From NCBI GenBank assembly GCA_965116925.1, contig OZ220744.1, positions 2,560,001-2,624,000 of the forward strand: DNA of 64,000 nt, read 5' to 3'. Of this stretch, positions 29,183-39,073 are shown piece after piece. The stretch's first letter is position 1; every line of letters starts with the position of its first letter. The stretch comes from Candidatus Poribacteria bacterium (lineage in GTDB: Bacteria; Poribacteria; WGA-4E; PCPOR2b). Both the position numbers and the translations under genes were made by a program. The notes beneath the pieces are model-generated. The model saw only the letters and a list, made by a program, of their open reading frames with translations, had not been told where the DNA came from and did not search any database.

Positions 29183-30148
29183 GTGAAAGCTGCACAAATT
29201 GTTGCTCCCCGTCAGATTGAGATGATCGATATTGATAAGCCTGATATTTCATCTGACCCGGCGGGAGCTATACTGATAAAGAATCAAATGAACGCTATTT
29301 GCGGCACGGATATGCCGTCGTTTGTGCTTGAACAGCCAGCCGATGCCTATCCGCTGTCGCCCGGAATGACTATCCACGAATGTATCGGAGTAGTGGCTGC
29401 GAGTAAATCAGATCGGTTTAAGGAAGGAGACGCGGTGCTTGCGCTGCCGGGGCGTCCCGGTGGCCTTTCGGAATACTTTGTTGCCCACGAAGGCGTTACT
29501 GTCCCGTTGGTGGAATTTAAACGCAAGGATTGTATCCTGATGTCTCAGCCGCTCGGCACGGTGATTTGGGCGTGTAGCAAGTTAGGGAATCTACTCAATC
29601 AGGATGTCGTGGTGATGGGACAGGGACCGATGGGATTGCTGTTTACGCACTTGTTGAGCAACCTGGGTGCGAAGACGGTTATTGCGACGGATCTCGTGGA
29701 CTTCCGCTTGGAAGCAGCAAAACAGATGCAAGCGACGCATACGATTAATGCCGCTGAGGTGGATACGGTCGCTGCTGTTGAGGGGATCACGGACGGTCGG
29801 ATGGCGGATCTGGTCGTTGAGGTGGTAGGACATCAGACGGAGACGATCAATCAGTGTATGGATCTTGTCAAGCGGGACGGGACGATTCTGGCGTTCGGTG
29901 TGCCTGATGACCCGACCTACCCTTTCGGTTTCGGTAACTTTTTTAGGAAGAATATCCGCTTCATTGGATCAGTGGGTCCCGATGCTCAGAATAATTTTCC
30001 GTTGGCGATGGATATGATCGCGCAGGGACGGATAGATGTTTCACCAATGATTACCCACCGTCTGCCGTTTATGGAGGTGCAGCGCGGGTTTGAGTTGTCT
30101 TTGTATAAGAAGGATGAGGCAATCAAGATCGTGTTAGAGTATGATTGA
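29183..30148 (+). CDS. Zinc-binding (MDR) dehydrogenase
   Basis: ICGTD, HE, GQGPMG, ITHRLP and IKIVL; lacks the 4-Cys structural zinc loop. Confidence 0.88.
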   Translation: MKAAQIVAPRQIEMIDIDKPDISSDPAGAILIKNQMNAICGTDMPSFVLEQPADAYPLSPGMTIHECIGVVAASKSDRFKEGDAVLALPGRPGGLSEYFVAHEGVTVPLVEFKRKDCILMSQPLGTVIWACSKLGNLLNQDVVVMGQGPMGLLFTHLLSNLGAKTVIATDLVDFRLEAAKQMQATHTINAAEVDTVAAVEGITDGRMADLVVEVVGHQTETINQCMDLVKRDGTILAFGVPDDPTYPFGFGNFFRKNIRFIGSVGPDAQNNFPLAMDMIAQGRIDVSPMITHRLPFMEVQRGFELSLYKKDEAIKIVLEYD

Positions 30149-30182
30149 TAGAGCCCTCGCCTAAGCCCGCACAAGATTAATC

Positions 30183-30234
30183 AGCCCCAGAGAGCCGCGT
30201 TTTATACACCTGTCACCTCTCTGGGGCTTTTTTT
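30183..30234 (+). terminator. Possible intrinsic terminator built from a REP
   Basis: AGCCCCAGAGAG...CTCTCTGGGGCT followed by a T tract; the loop is long. Confidence 0.45.
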
Positions 30235-30259
30235 ATTCGTAGATTGAAAGGCATAGCCG

Positions 30260-31219
30260 ATGCAACAGAGAGACACGCTCGCACATTTGATTTTAATCAG
30301 CGTTGTAGTTTTGGGTCTAACGCTGCTGATGGTAGTCGTTGCGGCACAGGCACAGATTGCTTTCGTGTCTGATAGGAACGGGAACAGTGAGATCTATGTG
30401 ATGGATGCCGACGGAGATAATCAGCGCAGACTCACGAAGAATCGTCATGATGACTTTTCACCGTCATGGTCGCCTGACGGCAAGCGCATCGCCTTTGTTT
30501 CCGTTAGGGCTGAGAACCCGGAAATCTACGTGATGAACGCTAATGGGGGCCACCCTAAAAACCTCACCAATAATCGCCACGATGACTTTTCACCGTCATG
30601 GTCACCCGACGGTAAGCACATCGCTTTTGCCTCTAAGCGGAATGGGAACGGTGAAATCTACGTGATGGATGCCGATGGGGGTAATCCGCGAAACCTCTCC
30701 AACAATCCCGTTAATGATAAGGATCCCTCTTGGTCGCCTGACGGCAAACGGATAGCCTTTGTTTCCGTTAGGGATGGGGTCGAAATCTACGTGATGGATG
30801 CCGATGGGGGTAATCAGCGAAACCTTACCAATAATGGCTTTCATGACGAAAATCCGTCTTGGTCACCCGACGGTAAGCACATCGCCTTTGATTCCGTCAG
30901 GGGTGGAGGCTTGGACATCTATGTGATGGATGCCGATGGAGGTAATCAGCGAAAAATCTCTGACAATCCTTTTAAGGATACGAATCCGTCCTGGTCTCCC
31001 GACAGTAAGCACATCATCTTTGCTTCTAGCGAGGGTAGGAACTTTAGGGGCAGGGACTATGAAATCTACGTGATGGATGCCGATGGGGGTAATCAGCGGA
31101 ACCTCACCAATAATCGCAGCCATGACACGGATCCTACATGGTTTGGACCTGTTCTTTCAGTCGCTCCCGCTGCGAAGAGGCTCACGATATGGGGGAGGCT
31201 GAAACAGGTCGGGCAATAA
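30260..31219 (+). CDS. Secreted PD40/TolB-like beta-propeller, array copy 1
   Basis: Signal peptide AQA|Q; six [16 protein letters not shown] blades; tail [15 protein letters not shown]. Confidence 0.9.
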   Translation: MQQRDTLAHLILISVVVLGLTLLMVVVAAQAQIAFVSDRNGNSEIYVMDADGDNQRRLTKNRHDDFSPSWSPDGKRIAFVSVRAENPEIYVMNANGGHPKNLTNNRHDDFSPSWSPDGKHIAFASKRNGNGEIYVMDADGGNPRNLSNNPVNDKDPSWSPDGKRIAFVSVRDGVEIYVMDADGGNQRNLTNNGFHDENPSWSPDGKHIAFDSVRGGGLDIYVMDADGGNQRKISDNPFKDTNPSWSPDSKHIIFASSEGRNFRGRDYEIYVMDADGGNQRNLTNNRSHDTDPTWFGPVLSVAPAAKRLTIWGRLKQVGQ

Positions 31220-31286
31220 CTTCGATTCTTGAGAGAACGGTGTTTAAGGATAGGCAACCGATTTGAAAACGGAGGAGGAAAGACAG

Positions 31287-32264
31287 ATGCAACGGAGATA
31301 CAGTTTAGAATATTTGATTTTAGCTGTCGTTGTAGTGTTGAGTCTGACGTTTCTGATGGTATGTGTTGAGGTACAGGCACAGATTGCCTTTGTGTCTAAT
31401 AGGGATGGATCCTCGGAAATCTACGTGATGGACAGCGATGGTGGTGATCCGCGAAGAATCTTTGACAACCACTTGGTTGAAGAGAACCCCTCATGGTCTC
31501 CGAACGGTAAACGGATTGCCTTTACTTCTAGGGAACTGGACGTTAGGGTTGGGAATCGGCAAATCCACGTTATAGATGCCAGCGGGGGCAATCAGCGAAA
31601 CCTTTCTAATAATGACTTTGACGACTGGAACCCCTCATGGTCGCCTGACGGCAAACGGATTGCCTTCGTGTCTGATAGGGAGGGAAAATGGGACATCTAT
31701 GTGATGGACGCCGATGGGAGTAATCCGCGAAACCTCACCAATAATGCTGGCAGTCGCAACGATAACCCCTCATGGTCGCCTGACAGTAAACGCATCGTCT
31801 TTGTTTCCATTAGGGAGGGGAACATGGATCTCTACGTAATGGACGCCGATGGCAGCAATCCGCGAAACCTCACCAATAATGACCGTCGTGATGAGGATCC
31901 CTCATGGTCTCCGGACGGTAAGCGAATTGCTTTTACTTCCGTCGGGAACGGGGCGCGTAGAAACTGGGACATCTACGTGATAGACGCTGATGGGCAGAAT
32001 GAGCGTAGACTCACCAATCATCCCGATAAGGACTGGAATCCCGTATGGTCCCCTGATAGTAAGCGCGTTGCCTTCGTGTCGAATAGAACTAGAATTTGGC
32101 ACCCTGACATCTACGTAATGGACGCCGATGGCGGTAAGCTAGAAAACCTCACCGATCATCCCGATGATGACGAAGATCCTGCATGGATTGATCCTGCGTT
32201 TGCAGTTTCTCCGGCAAGTAAGATATTCACGATATGGGGTTGGCTTAAACGGGTTGACCGATGA
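31287..32264 (+). CDS. Secreted PD40/TolB-like beta-propeller, copy 2
   Basis: ATG 31287 after GGAGG; same architecture; tail WGWLK. Confidence 0.9.
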   Translation: MQRRYSLEYLILAVVVVLSLTFLMVCVEVQAQIAFVSNRDGSSEIYVMDSDGGDPRRIFDNHLVEENPSWSPNGKRIAFTSRELDVRVGNRQIHVIDASGGNQRNLSNNDFDDWNPSWSPDGKRIAFVSDREGKWDIYVMDADGSNPRNLTNNAGSRNDNPSWSPDSKRIVFVSIREGNMDLYVMDADGSNPRNLTNNDRRDEDPSWSPDGKRIAFTSVGNGARRNWDIYVIDADGQNERRLTNHPDKDWNPVWSPDSKRVAFVSNRTRIWHPDIYVMDADGGKLENLTDHPDDDEDPAWIDPAFAVSPASKIFTIWGWLKRVDR

Positions 32265-32490
32265 GGAATAATACGTAATGCGTGATACGTGATGATAAGC
32301 AGAACGAAGATCCCCGTTCCCTACGAAATGTCTGTGTTGATGCAGGTTTGGGGGCGGGCAAGTTGAGCATAAGCGGAATCCCGATCTTATCGGGGCTGCC
32401 CGATGCCGTTCCGAGAGTCTTCGACCTACGGATACTTGACGGGCGGGGCGACCCCGCCCCTACGAGTAAGCCCAGGATTTGGAGGAAGGG

Positions 32491-32523
32491 AACCGAGTTT
32501 TGAACAAAAACTCGGTTTTTTTA
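32491..32523. terminator. REP-derived hairpin, probable terminator between convergent genes
   Basis: AACCGAGTTTT-GAACA-AAAACTCGGTT plus a T tract. The same family occurs at 8605, 17180 and 56990. Confidence 0.6.
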
Positions 32524-32571
32524 TGAGCGATGGTAGGTTGCGTTAAGATACCGGTTCAATGGTGTGGATTG

Positions 32572-34179
32572 CTAACCGGCCTGGTGACGTTCCACCGTGA
32601 CTTGGCTCATGTTTTGAATCAGATCGATTAGGTCGGTAAGGTTATCGTCGAACTGGATTTCTAACGGGGAGAGTGAATAGTGAAAGTCGGGTGCCAATAG
32701 GATCACCGCGAAATCCTCCTGTACGAGGGACAATATCTGCCGCCCAATTCTTCTTCTTGCCCCTAAGTCCCCTATACTGTTGAGTTGAGAGAGCATCTCG
32801 TCAACTTGGGGATTGGAGTAGCCGAAAAAGTTATCTTCTCCGTCGGAATGGAAGAATCGTGATAGGTTATGGTATTCCAGACCAAAAACGGGTTGCGTTA
32901 AAAAAGCGTCCGCCTCTTCCCGCATTTCTCCTTTGACAGAGATAGGATTCACGCCAGAAGAACCTATTGACTTGCCAATGAGGTGAACCAAATCGCGAAA
33001 AACGCTGCCCGAGCTGTAGATCCGAATGTCAAGAGGAGGATGAGGAAGTGGTGAAAGGTTTTCTTCCTCAGCAACCTGGCCCATGCGCAGATAGAGGTTA
33101 ATAGCCCGGTAATCGATCGCTTCTTTAAGTATCCTACAGTTCCTTTCATCCGATAGGGGTCTGTGATGCCGGTTGAGGAATAGGGCGTAGTAGCTATCTC
33201 CAAAAAAGGGCCACTGCTGCCAAGGCACCGTCGTTGGGAATTGGTAGAGGGACTGCATTGAATGGAGATGGATAGCAAGCAGATCCAGTGTGCCGTTCTC
33301 AACCGCCTTAACCGCATTGGCGGGGTGTGCGAAACGCCGCAAGGTTAACCCGTCAATGCTGCTGTCCCCTCCACGGTAGTAATCCGGATTCTGCTCAAAG
33401 CGAAAGGTCATGGCATCCGGGCGAAAATACTTCACTCGATAGGGGCCGGAGATCACACGGTAGGGTCGGGACGAATGGGAGGGGCGTGGGCAGACACCGC
33501 GCAGATGGAATGGGAATAACGGTTCTTCTTGAGAAAGTTGGACCCGAAGTTGGGTTTTGCCATCCGGTCTAATCTCTTCAATAACCGGTGCGATGCGGCT
33601 CTCAGAAAACGCTGCGATAACCTCTTCGAGGGTGATCGGCTTTCCATTGCTCCAACGGAGATCCTTTCTCAACATCACCTGCCACTGAGAGTTTCCTTTT
33701 ACCGCCTCGCAACCGGTTGCAAGGCGCCCTTCGATTTCTCCGTTTCGGCGGGACATCAGGAGGGGATCATAGCATAAGTGGTGCATCCAGTAACTCAGGA
33801 TCGGATCCGGACGCTCTGAGGATCCCATTTCGACGGCGGAGCTCAACTCCCCGATTTCAAGCCAGCTCAAAGGCACCTGCTCATCGGGCTGCTTGATGCG
33901 AAGGGTTCCGGTGTAGGAAATCCCAATATGTTCTTGAAGTTGTTGGGCGATCTCTTTGTGATCGGGGTCACGTCGGTTCAGCAGTGATAGCAGAAGTTGG
34001 ATCTGCTCCGGTTGCAGGACTGGTTCAGCCAACTGGTGTTTTAGAAGGTTCACCTCTTTTTCGCACCGCCTGACATGTCGCGAAGAAAGTCCAATCCCTT
34101 GGGCGATCTCTTCGTAGCCTGCGTGGGGGTGTTGCTGTTGATAAGCAATCAATTTGAGGAGCGTATCGACTTTGGGCAT
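32572..34179 (-). CDS. HTH plus family-5 solute-binding domain protein (SgrR-like architecture), putative cytoplasmic sensor/regulator
   Basis: N-terminal HPHAGYEEIAQGIGLSSRHVRR HTH; SBP5 motifs LRKDLRWSNGKPIT, SGPYRV, NPDYY and GYSNPQVDEML; no signal peptide. Start is ATG 34179 or TTG 34194. Confidence 0.75.
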   Translation of the reverse strand: MPKVDTLLKLIAYQQQHPHAGYEEIAQGIGLSSRHVRRCEKEVNLLKHQLAEPVLQPEQIQLLLSLLNRRDPDHKEIAQQLQEHIGISYTGTLRIKQPDEQVPLSWLEIGELSSAVEMGSSERPDPILSYWMHHLCYDPLLMSRRNGEIEGRLATGCEAVKGNSQWQVMLRKDLRWSNGKPITLEEVIAAFSESRIAPVIEEIRPDGKTQLRVQLSQEEPLFPFHLRGVCPRPSHSSRPYRVISGPYRVKYFRPDAMTFRFEQNPDYYRGGDSSIDGLTLRRFAHPANAVKAVENGTLDLLAIHLHSMQSLYQFPTTVPWQQWPFFGDSYYALFLNRHHRPLSDERNCRILKEAIDYRAINLYLRMGQVAEEENLSPLPHPPLDIRIYSSGSVFRDLVHLIGKSIGSSGVNPISVKGEMREEADAFLTQPVFGLEYHNLSRFFHSDGEDNFFGYSNPQVDEMLSQLNSIGDLGARRRIGRQILSLVQEDFAVILLAPDFHYSLSPLEIQFDDNLTDLIDLIQNMSQVTVERHQAG

Positions 34180-34446
34180 TTGTGCACCTGCCAATTCAGA
34201 TCCATCTTTGAAAGCGGAATCCCTAAAGATAACCTAAGTTGCTAGGTTCTGTTGACATTTAACGATCCGTAGGTTGGGTTGAACGGTTAAACGGCAATCC
34301 CTATCAAGTACAGTAAAGGCTCAGTTGTCCAACAACACCCGCTTATGGACAGATAGAGTGAAACCCAACTCCGTAACAATATACAGTATAAACCGCCTTG
34401 CCTTCAATTTGCAACCAGTTTTTTAATGATATATGGTAGATTTTTG

Positions 34447-34477
34447 AAGGGTTTGGACATATTAAGTCCAAACCCTT
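34447..34477. promoter_or_regulatory. Perfect 12-bp inverted repeat, candidate operator
   Basis: AAGGGTTTGGAC-ATATTAA-GTCCAAACCCTT in the AT-rich divergent region; seen only once in the window. Confidence 0.55.
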
Positions 34478-34566
34478 AAAAGTGACTGGATTTTTTATGT
34501 TGTGAGTTGGTATTCTTATTATTACAATTGGGAGTAAGATGATTGATACACGGGATTATGACTATT

Positions 34567-34698
34567 GGCTCATGTAAAAAGAAAGTGCAAAACACGAAGC
34601 GAAATCGTAGGGGCGGGGAAACCCCGCCCGCCGTAAGGGTTGGGGGACCCAACCCCTACGAATATTCGGTTTCTTTGCATTAAATCTTAACATGAGCG
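34567..34698. mobile_element. GGCTCATG-type MITE with target-site duplication
   Basis: GGCTCATGTAAAAAG...CTTAACATGAGC, with ATGACTATT on both sides (34558-34566 and 34699-34707). Confidence 0.8.
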
Positions 34699-34856
34699 AT
34701 GACTATTTAATCCGAGTTGCTACTTTACTTGAGAACTTCTAGTAGGAATTTGTGTCTATATTATAACTATAATTGTAAAGGGGTTGCCAACACTAGCGGA
34801 CCTCTATCAACTCCAAAGGATAAGAGATCGATTTGAGAACATAGGAGGAAAGGCAG

Positions 34857-35828
34857 ATGCACCGAGGGAGCAATTTCACACCTTTGATTTTAGCTGGCGT
34901 TGTGGTCTTGGGTCTGACGCTGTTGGTGGTATGCGTTGACGCACAGGCACAGATTGCCTTCATGTCTGATAGGGATTGGGATGTTCTACAATTTGAGATC
35001 TACGTGATGGATACCGATGGCGGTAATCTGCGAAACCTGACTAATACCCCTGGTGATGACGAGTATCCCTCATGGTCTCCTGACGGCGAACAGATTGTCT
35101 TTACGGCTGATAGGAGTGGTAAGGATTGGAACCGGCAAATCTACGTGATGGACGCCGACGGGGCGAATCAACGAAACCTATCTGACAATGACTTTGATGA
35201 CTGGGACCCCGCATGGTCACCCGATGGCAAACGGATTGCCTTCGTATCTAGTAGGGATGGGGGCAGTGAAATCTACGTGATGAACGCTGATGGTAGCAAA
35301 CCCAGAAACCTCACCAATAATGGTGCTCCTGACTATGGGCCGTCCTGGTCCCCGGACGGTAGGCGCATTGTCTTTTATGCTTGGGGGGCTGGGAACATGG
35401 AAATCTACGTGATGAACGCCAATGGGGGCAACCCCAAAAACCTCACCAATAATGCAAGGTCTGATAGGAACCCCTCATGGTCTCCTGATGGTGAGCACAT
35501 TGCCTTTGAGTCATGGAGGGATAAGAACGGTGAAATTTATGTGATGGACGCCGATGGGGGTAATCCGCGTAATCTCACCAATCATCCCTTTAAGGATACG
35601 GAGCCCTCATGGTCCCCTGACGGGAGGCGGATTGTCTTCGTGTCTGATAGAGAGGCGGATGGGAACCCCGATATTTTTGTGATGAACGCCGATGGGAGTA
35701 ACCCTAAAAATCTCACCAACCATCCCGAGGATGACCTTACGCCTGCATGGTTTGGTTCGGCTTTTTCGGTTGCTCCCGCCGGTAAGACCCTCACACTATG
35801 GGGACGGGTCAAACAGGCAGACCGCTAA
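34857..35828 (+). CDS. Secreted PD40/TolB-like beta-propeller, copy 3
   Basis: DAQA|Q signal; six blades; tail [15 protein letters not shown]. Confidence 0.9.
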   Translation: MHRGSNFTPLILAGVVVLGLTLLVVCVDAQAQIAFMSDRDWDVLQFEIYVMDTDGGNLRNLTNTPGDDEYPSWSPDGEQIVFTADRSGKDWNRQIYVMDADGANQRNLSDNDFDDWDPAWSPDGKRIAFVSSRDGGSEIYVMNADGSKPRNLTNNGAPDYGPSWSPDGRRIVFYAWGAGNMEIYVMNANGGNPKNLTNNARSDRNPSWSPDGEHIAFESWRDKNGEIYVMDADGGNPRNLTNHPFKDTEPSWSPDGRRIVFVSDREADGNPDIFVMNADGSNPKNLTNHPEDDLTPAWFGSAFSVAPAGKTLTLWGRVKQADR

Positions 35829-35895
35829 CTACCACTGTTGAGAGAACCGTGTTTAAGGATAAAAAACCGATTTGAAACGATAGGAGGTATAGCAA

Positions 35896-36906
35896 ATGCA
35901 TCGAAGACATAGTCTCGCACCTTTGATTTTAGCTAGCGTTGTGGCATTAAGTCTGGCACCGATGATGGTAGCCATTGATGCACAGGCACAGATTGCCTTC
36001 TCGTCTGATAGGGATGGAGACAATGAAATCTACGTTATGGACCCTGATGGGGGCAATCTACGAAAACTCACCAATAATTCCGATGGCGATCGGGATCCCG
36101 TATGGTCGCCCGACGGCAAACGGATAGCCTTCAAGTCCGATAGGGACGGGCACGTTGACAGACACGGTCGGCCCACTCATGACATCTACGTGATGGACGC
36201 CGATGGAAGCAATCAGCAGAACCTGACTAACAATCCCGCTGATGACTGGGATCCTTCATGGTCGCCGGACGGTAAACGGATTGTTTTTACCTCTTGGAGG
36301 GATGGTCCCTTTAACATTGAAGTCTACGTGATGGATGCTGATGGAAGCAATCTTCAAAACCTGACTAACAATCCTCGTGATGACCGGAATCCCTTTTGGT
36401 CACCCTACGGTGCACACATTGTCTTCAGTGCGCGGAGGAAAGGGCACTTTGAAAACAAGTTTTCAATCACCCATGAAGTCTACGTGATGGATGCCGATGG
36501 GGGAAATCAACGAAGACTCACTGAAAATCGGAGTAATGACTGGGATCCCTCATGGTCTCCTGACGGCAAACGGATCGCCTTCATGGCTGATAGGAAGGGT
36601 AACCTTGAAAAATTTAACATTTACGTGATGGATGCCGATGGTGGTAATCTTCAAAATCTCACCAATCATCGCGCTTGGGATGGGGCTCCATCATGGTCCC
36701 CCGACGCTCAACGGATTGTCTTCCATTCTGAACGAGATGGGAACTATGAAATCTATGTGATGGATGCCGATGGTGGTAATCTTCAAAATCTCACCAATCA
36801 TCCGCGTAGTGACTCTAGTCCTGCATGGTATACTCCTCCCTTTGCAGTTGCTCCCGCAGGCAAACAGTTTACAATGTGGGGTTGGCTCAAACAGGTTGAC
36901 CGATAA
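35896..36906 (+). CDS. Secreted PD40/TolB-like beta-propeller, copy 4
   Basis: Same architecture; long loops GHVDRHGRPT and GHFENKFSIT. Confidence 0.9.
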   Translation: MHRRHSLAPLILASVVALSLAPMMVAIDAQAQIAFSSDRDGDNEIYVMDPDGGNLRKLTNNSDGDRDPVWSPDGKRIAFKSDRDGHVDRHGRPTHDIYVMDADGSNQQNLTNNPADDWDPSWSPDGKRIVFTSWRDGPFNIEVYVMDADGSNLQNLTNNPRDDRNPFWSPYGAHIVFSARRKGHFENKFSITHEVYVMDADGGNQRRLTENRSNDWDPSWSPDGKRIAFMADRKGNLEKFNIYVMDADGGNLQNLTNHRAWDGAPSWSPDAQRIVFHSERDGNYEIYVMDADGGNLQNLTNHPRSDSSPAWYTPPFAVAPAGKQFTMWGWLKQVDR

Positions 36907-36973
36907 CTGCCACTGTTGAAAGAATGGTGTTTAAGAATAAACAACCGCTTTGAAAACATAGGAGGAAAGGCAG

Positions 36974-37969
36974 ATGCAACGGAGATACAGTCTCGTACAG
37001 TTGATTTTAGCAATCGTAGCAGTCTTGGGGCTAATGCCGCTGATGGTAGGTGCCGATCCAGAGCCACAGATTGCTTTCACGTCTGAGAGAGATGGGCACC
37101 GGCAAATCTACGTGATGGACATTGACGGAAAGAATCAGCGAAGACTCACCAAAAATCTCTTTGATGAATGGGATCCTTCATGGTCACCGGATGGTGAACG
37201 CATTGCTTTTGCTTCTAGTGAAGACCGGCACACTGTGGTTGGGAGCCGTCACATCTACGTGATAGATGCCCATGGCGGAATTGCGCAAAGACTCTCCAAG
37301 AATCGCTTTTCTGAATGGCATCCTGTATGGTCTCCTGACGGTAAATGGATTGCCTTTACTACTAGTCGGGTTGAGGACGTTGCGGGTGGTCACTGGCAGA
37401 TCTATGTGATGGATGCGAACGGGCAGAATCCGCGCAGACTCTCTAACGATGGTGTGGATGATCAGCGTCCCTCTTGGTCACCGGATGGCAAACGGATTGC
37501 CTTTACTTCTAGTAGGGATGGTCAGTTGGAAGTCTATGTGATGGACGCGGATGGGAAGAATCAACAAAGACTCACCAACAGTCCTGACGTTCATATTCAT
37601 AATTTGCATCCTGCATGGTCGCCGGACGGTGAACACATTGCCTTTACTGCTGACTGGCAAATCCATGTGATGGATGCCGATGGTGGTAATCCGCGAAACC
37701 TCACCAATAATCGCGGTTCGCACTCGCATCCGTCATGGTTGCCGGACGGAGAACGAATTGTCTTTGCGTCTAAAAAGGATGATAATATGGAAATCTACCT
37801 GATGGATGCCGATGGGAAGAATCAACAAAGACTCACCGATAATCGCCATGATGATGTGGATCCTGCATGGTTTGACCCTGCTTTTGCGGTTGAAGTTGCT
37901 CCTTTTGCGGTTGCTCCGGTAGATAAAAGACTCACGATATGGGGTTGGCTCAAACAGGTTGACCGCTAA
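36974..37969 (+). CDS. PD40/TolB-like beta-propeller, copy 5
   Basis: Same architecture; cleavage region changed to GADPEPQ; duplicated linker FAVEVAPFAVAP. Confidence 0.9.
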   Translation: MQRRYSLVQLILAIVAVLGLMPLMVGADPEPQIAFTSERDGHRQIYVMDIDGKNQRRLTKNLFDEWDPSWSPDGERIAFASSEDRHTVVGSRHIYVIDAHGGIAQRLSKNRFSEWHPVWSPDGKWIAFTTSRVEDVAGGHWQIYVMDANGQNPRRLSNDGVDDQRPSWSPDGKRIAFTSSRDGQLEVYVMDADGKNQQRLTNSPDVHIHNLHPAWSPDGEHIAFTADWQIHVMDADGGNPRNLTNNRGSHSHPSWLPDGERIVFASKKDDNMEIYLMDADGKNQQRLTDNRHDDVDPAWFDPAFAVEVAPFAVAPVDKRLTIWGWLKQVDR

Positions 37970-38032
37970 CTGCCATTGTTGAGAGAATGGTGTTTAGGAA
38001 AAAACGATTTGACTACAAAGGAGGAAAGACAG

Positions 38033-39007
38033 ATGCGACGAAGGGACAATTTCACACACTTGATTTTAGCGATCGTAGTAGTCTTGGGTCTAATGCCGCT
38101 GCTGGTATGTGTTGACGCACAGGCACGGATTGCCTTTGAGTCTGATAGGGATTGGGACGTTCTAAAGTTTGAAATCTATGTGATGGACACCGATGGTGGT
38201 AATCAGCGAAACCTCACTAACAATCCTGGTGATGATAGGGACCCCTCATGGTTGCCGGACGGCCAACGAATTGCCTTCTCGTCTGATAGGAATGATATGG
38301 GTGGGAACCGGCAAATCTACGTGATGGACACCGATGGTGGTAATCAGCGAAATCTTTCTAACAATGACTTTGATGACTGGGATCCCGCATGGTCTCCTGA
38401 CGGTCAACGGATAGCCTTTGTGTCTAATAGGAAGGGAGCTCGTGAAATCTACGTGATGGACGCCGATGGGGGCAACCCTGAAAATCTCTCTAACAATCCC
38501 TTTCCTGACTATTCACCCTCATGGTCTCCTGACGGTAAACGGATTGTCTTTGTTTCCGTTAGGGGTGGGAAACCAGACATCTACGTGATGGACGACGATG
38601 GGGGCAAGCCTAAAAACCTCTCCAATAATGATCGTACTGACGAAGATCCCTCATGGTCTCCTGACGGTAAACGCATTGCTTTTACTTCCTTGAGGAATAT
38701 GGGAAACCGGGACATCTATGTGATGGACGCGGATGGAGGTAATCAGCAAAACCTCACCAATCATCCCGATAAGGACTTCCACCCCTCATGGTCACCCGAT
38801 GGTAAAAGCATTGCCTTCGTGTCGAATAGGAATAGGGATTTGAATCGGGACATCTATGTGATGGACGGCGATGGGGGTAATCTACGAAACCTCACCAATC
38901 ACCCTGATGATGACGAAGTTCCTGCATGGCTTAACGCTGTTCTTTCAGTTTCTCCCACCGGCAAAAAGTTTACAATGTGGGGGCGACTCAAACAGGGCGA
39001 CCGATAG
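38033..39007 (+). CDS. Secreted PD40/TolB-like beta-propeller, copy 6
   Basis: ATG 38033 after GGAGG; tail WGRLK. Confidence 0.9.
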   Translation: MRRRDNFTHLILAIVVVLGLMPLLVCVDAQARIAFESDRDWDVLKFEIYVMDTDGGNQRNLTNNPGDDRDPSWLPDGQRIAFSSDRNDMGGNRQIYVMDTDGGNQRNLSNNDFDDWDPAWSPDGQRIAFVSNRKGAREIYVMDADGGNPENLSNNPFPDYSPSWSPDGKRIVFVSVRGGKPDIYVMDDDGGKPKNLSNNDRTDEDPSWSPDGKRIAFTSLRNMGNRDIYVMDADGGNQQNLTNHPDKDFHPSWSPDGKSIAFVSNRNRDLNRDIYVMDGDGGNLRNLTNHPDDDEVPAWLNAVLSVSPTGKKFTMWGRLKQGDR

Positions 39008-39073
39008 CTGTCATTATTGAGAGAACAGTGGTTAAGAATAAAAACCACTTTGAAAACAGGGGAGGAAAGACAG

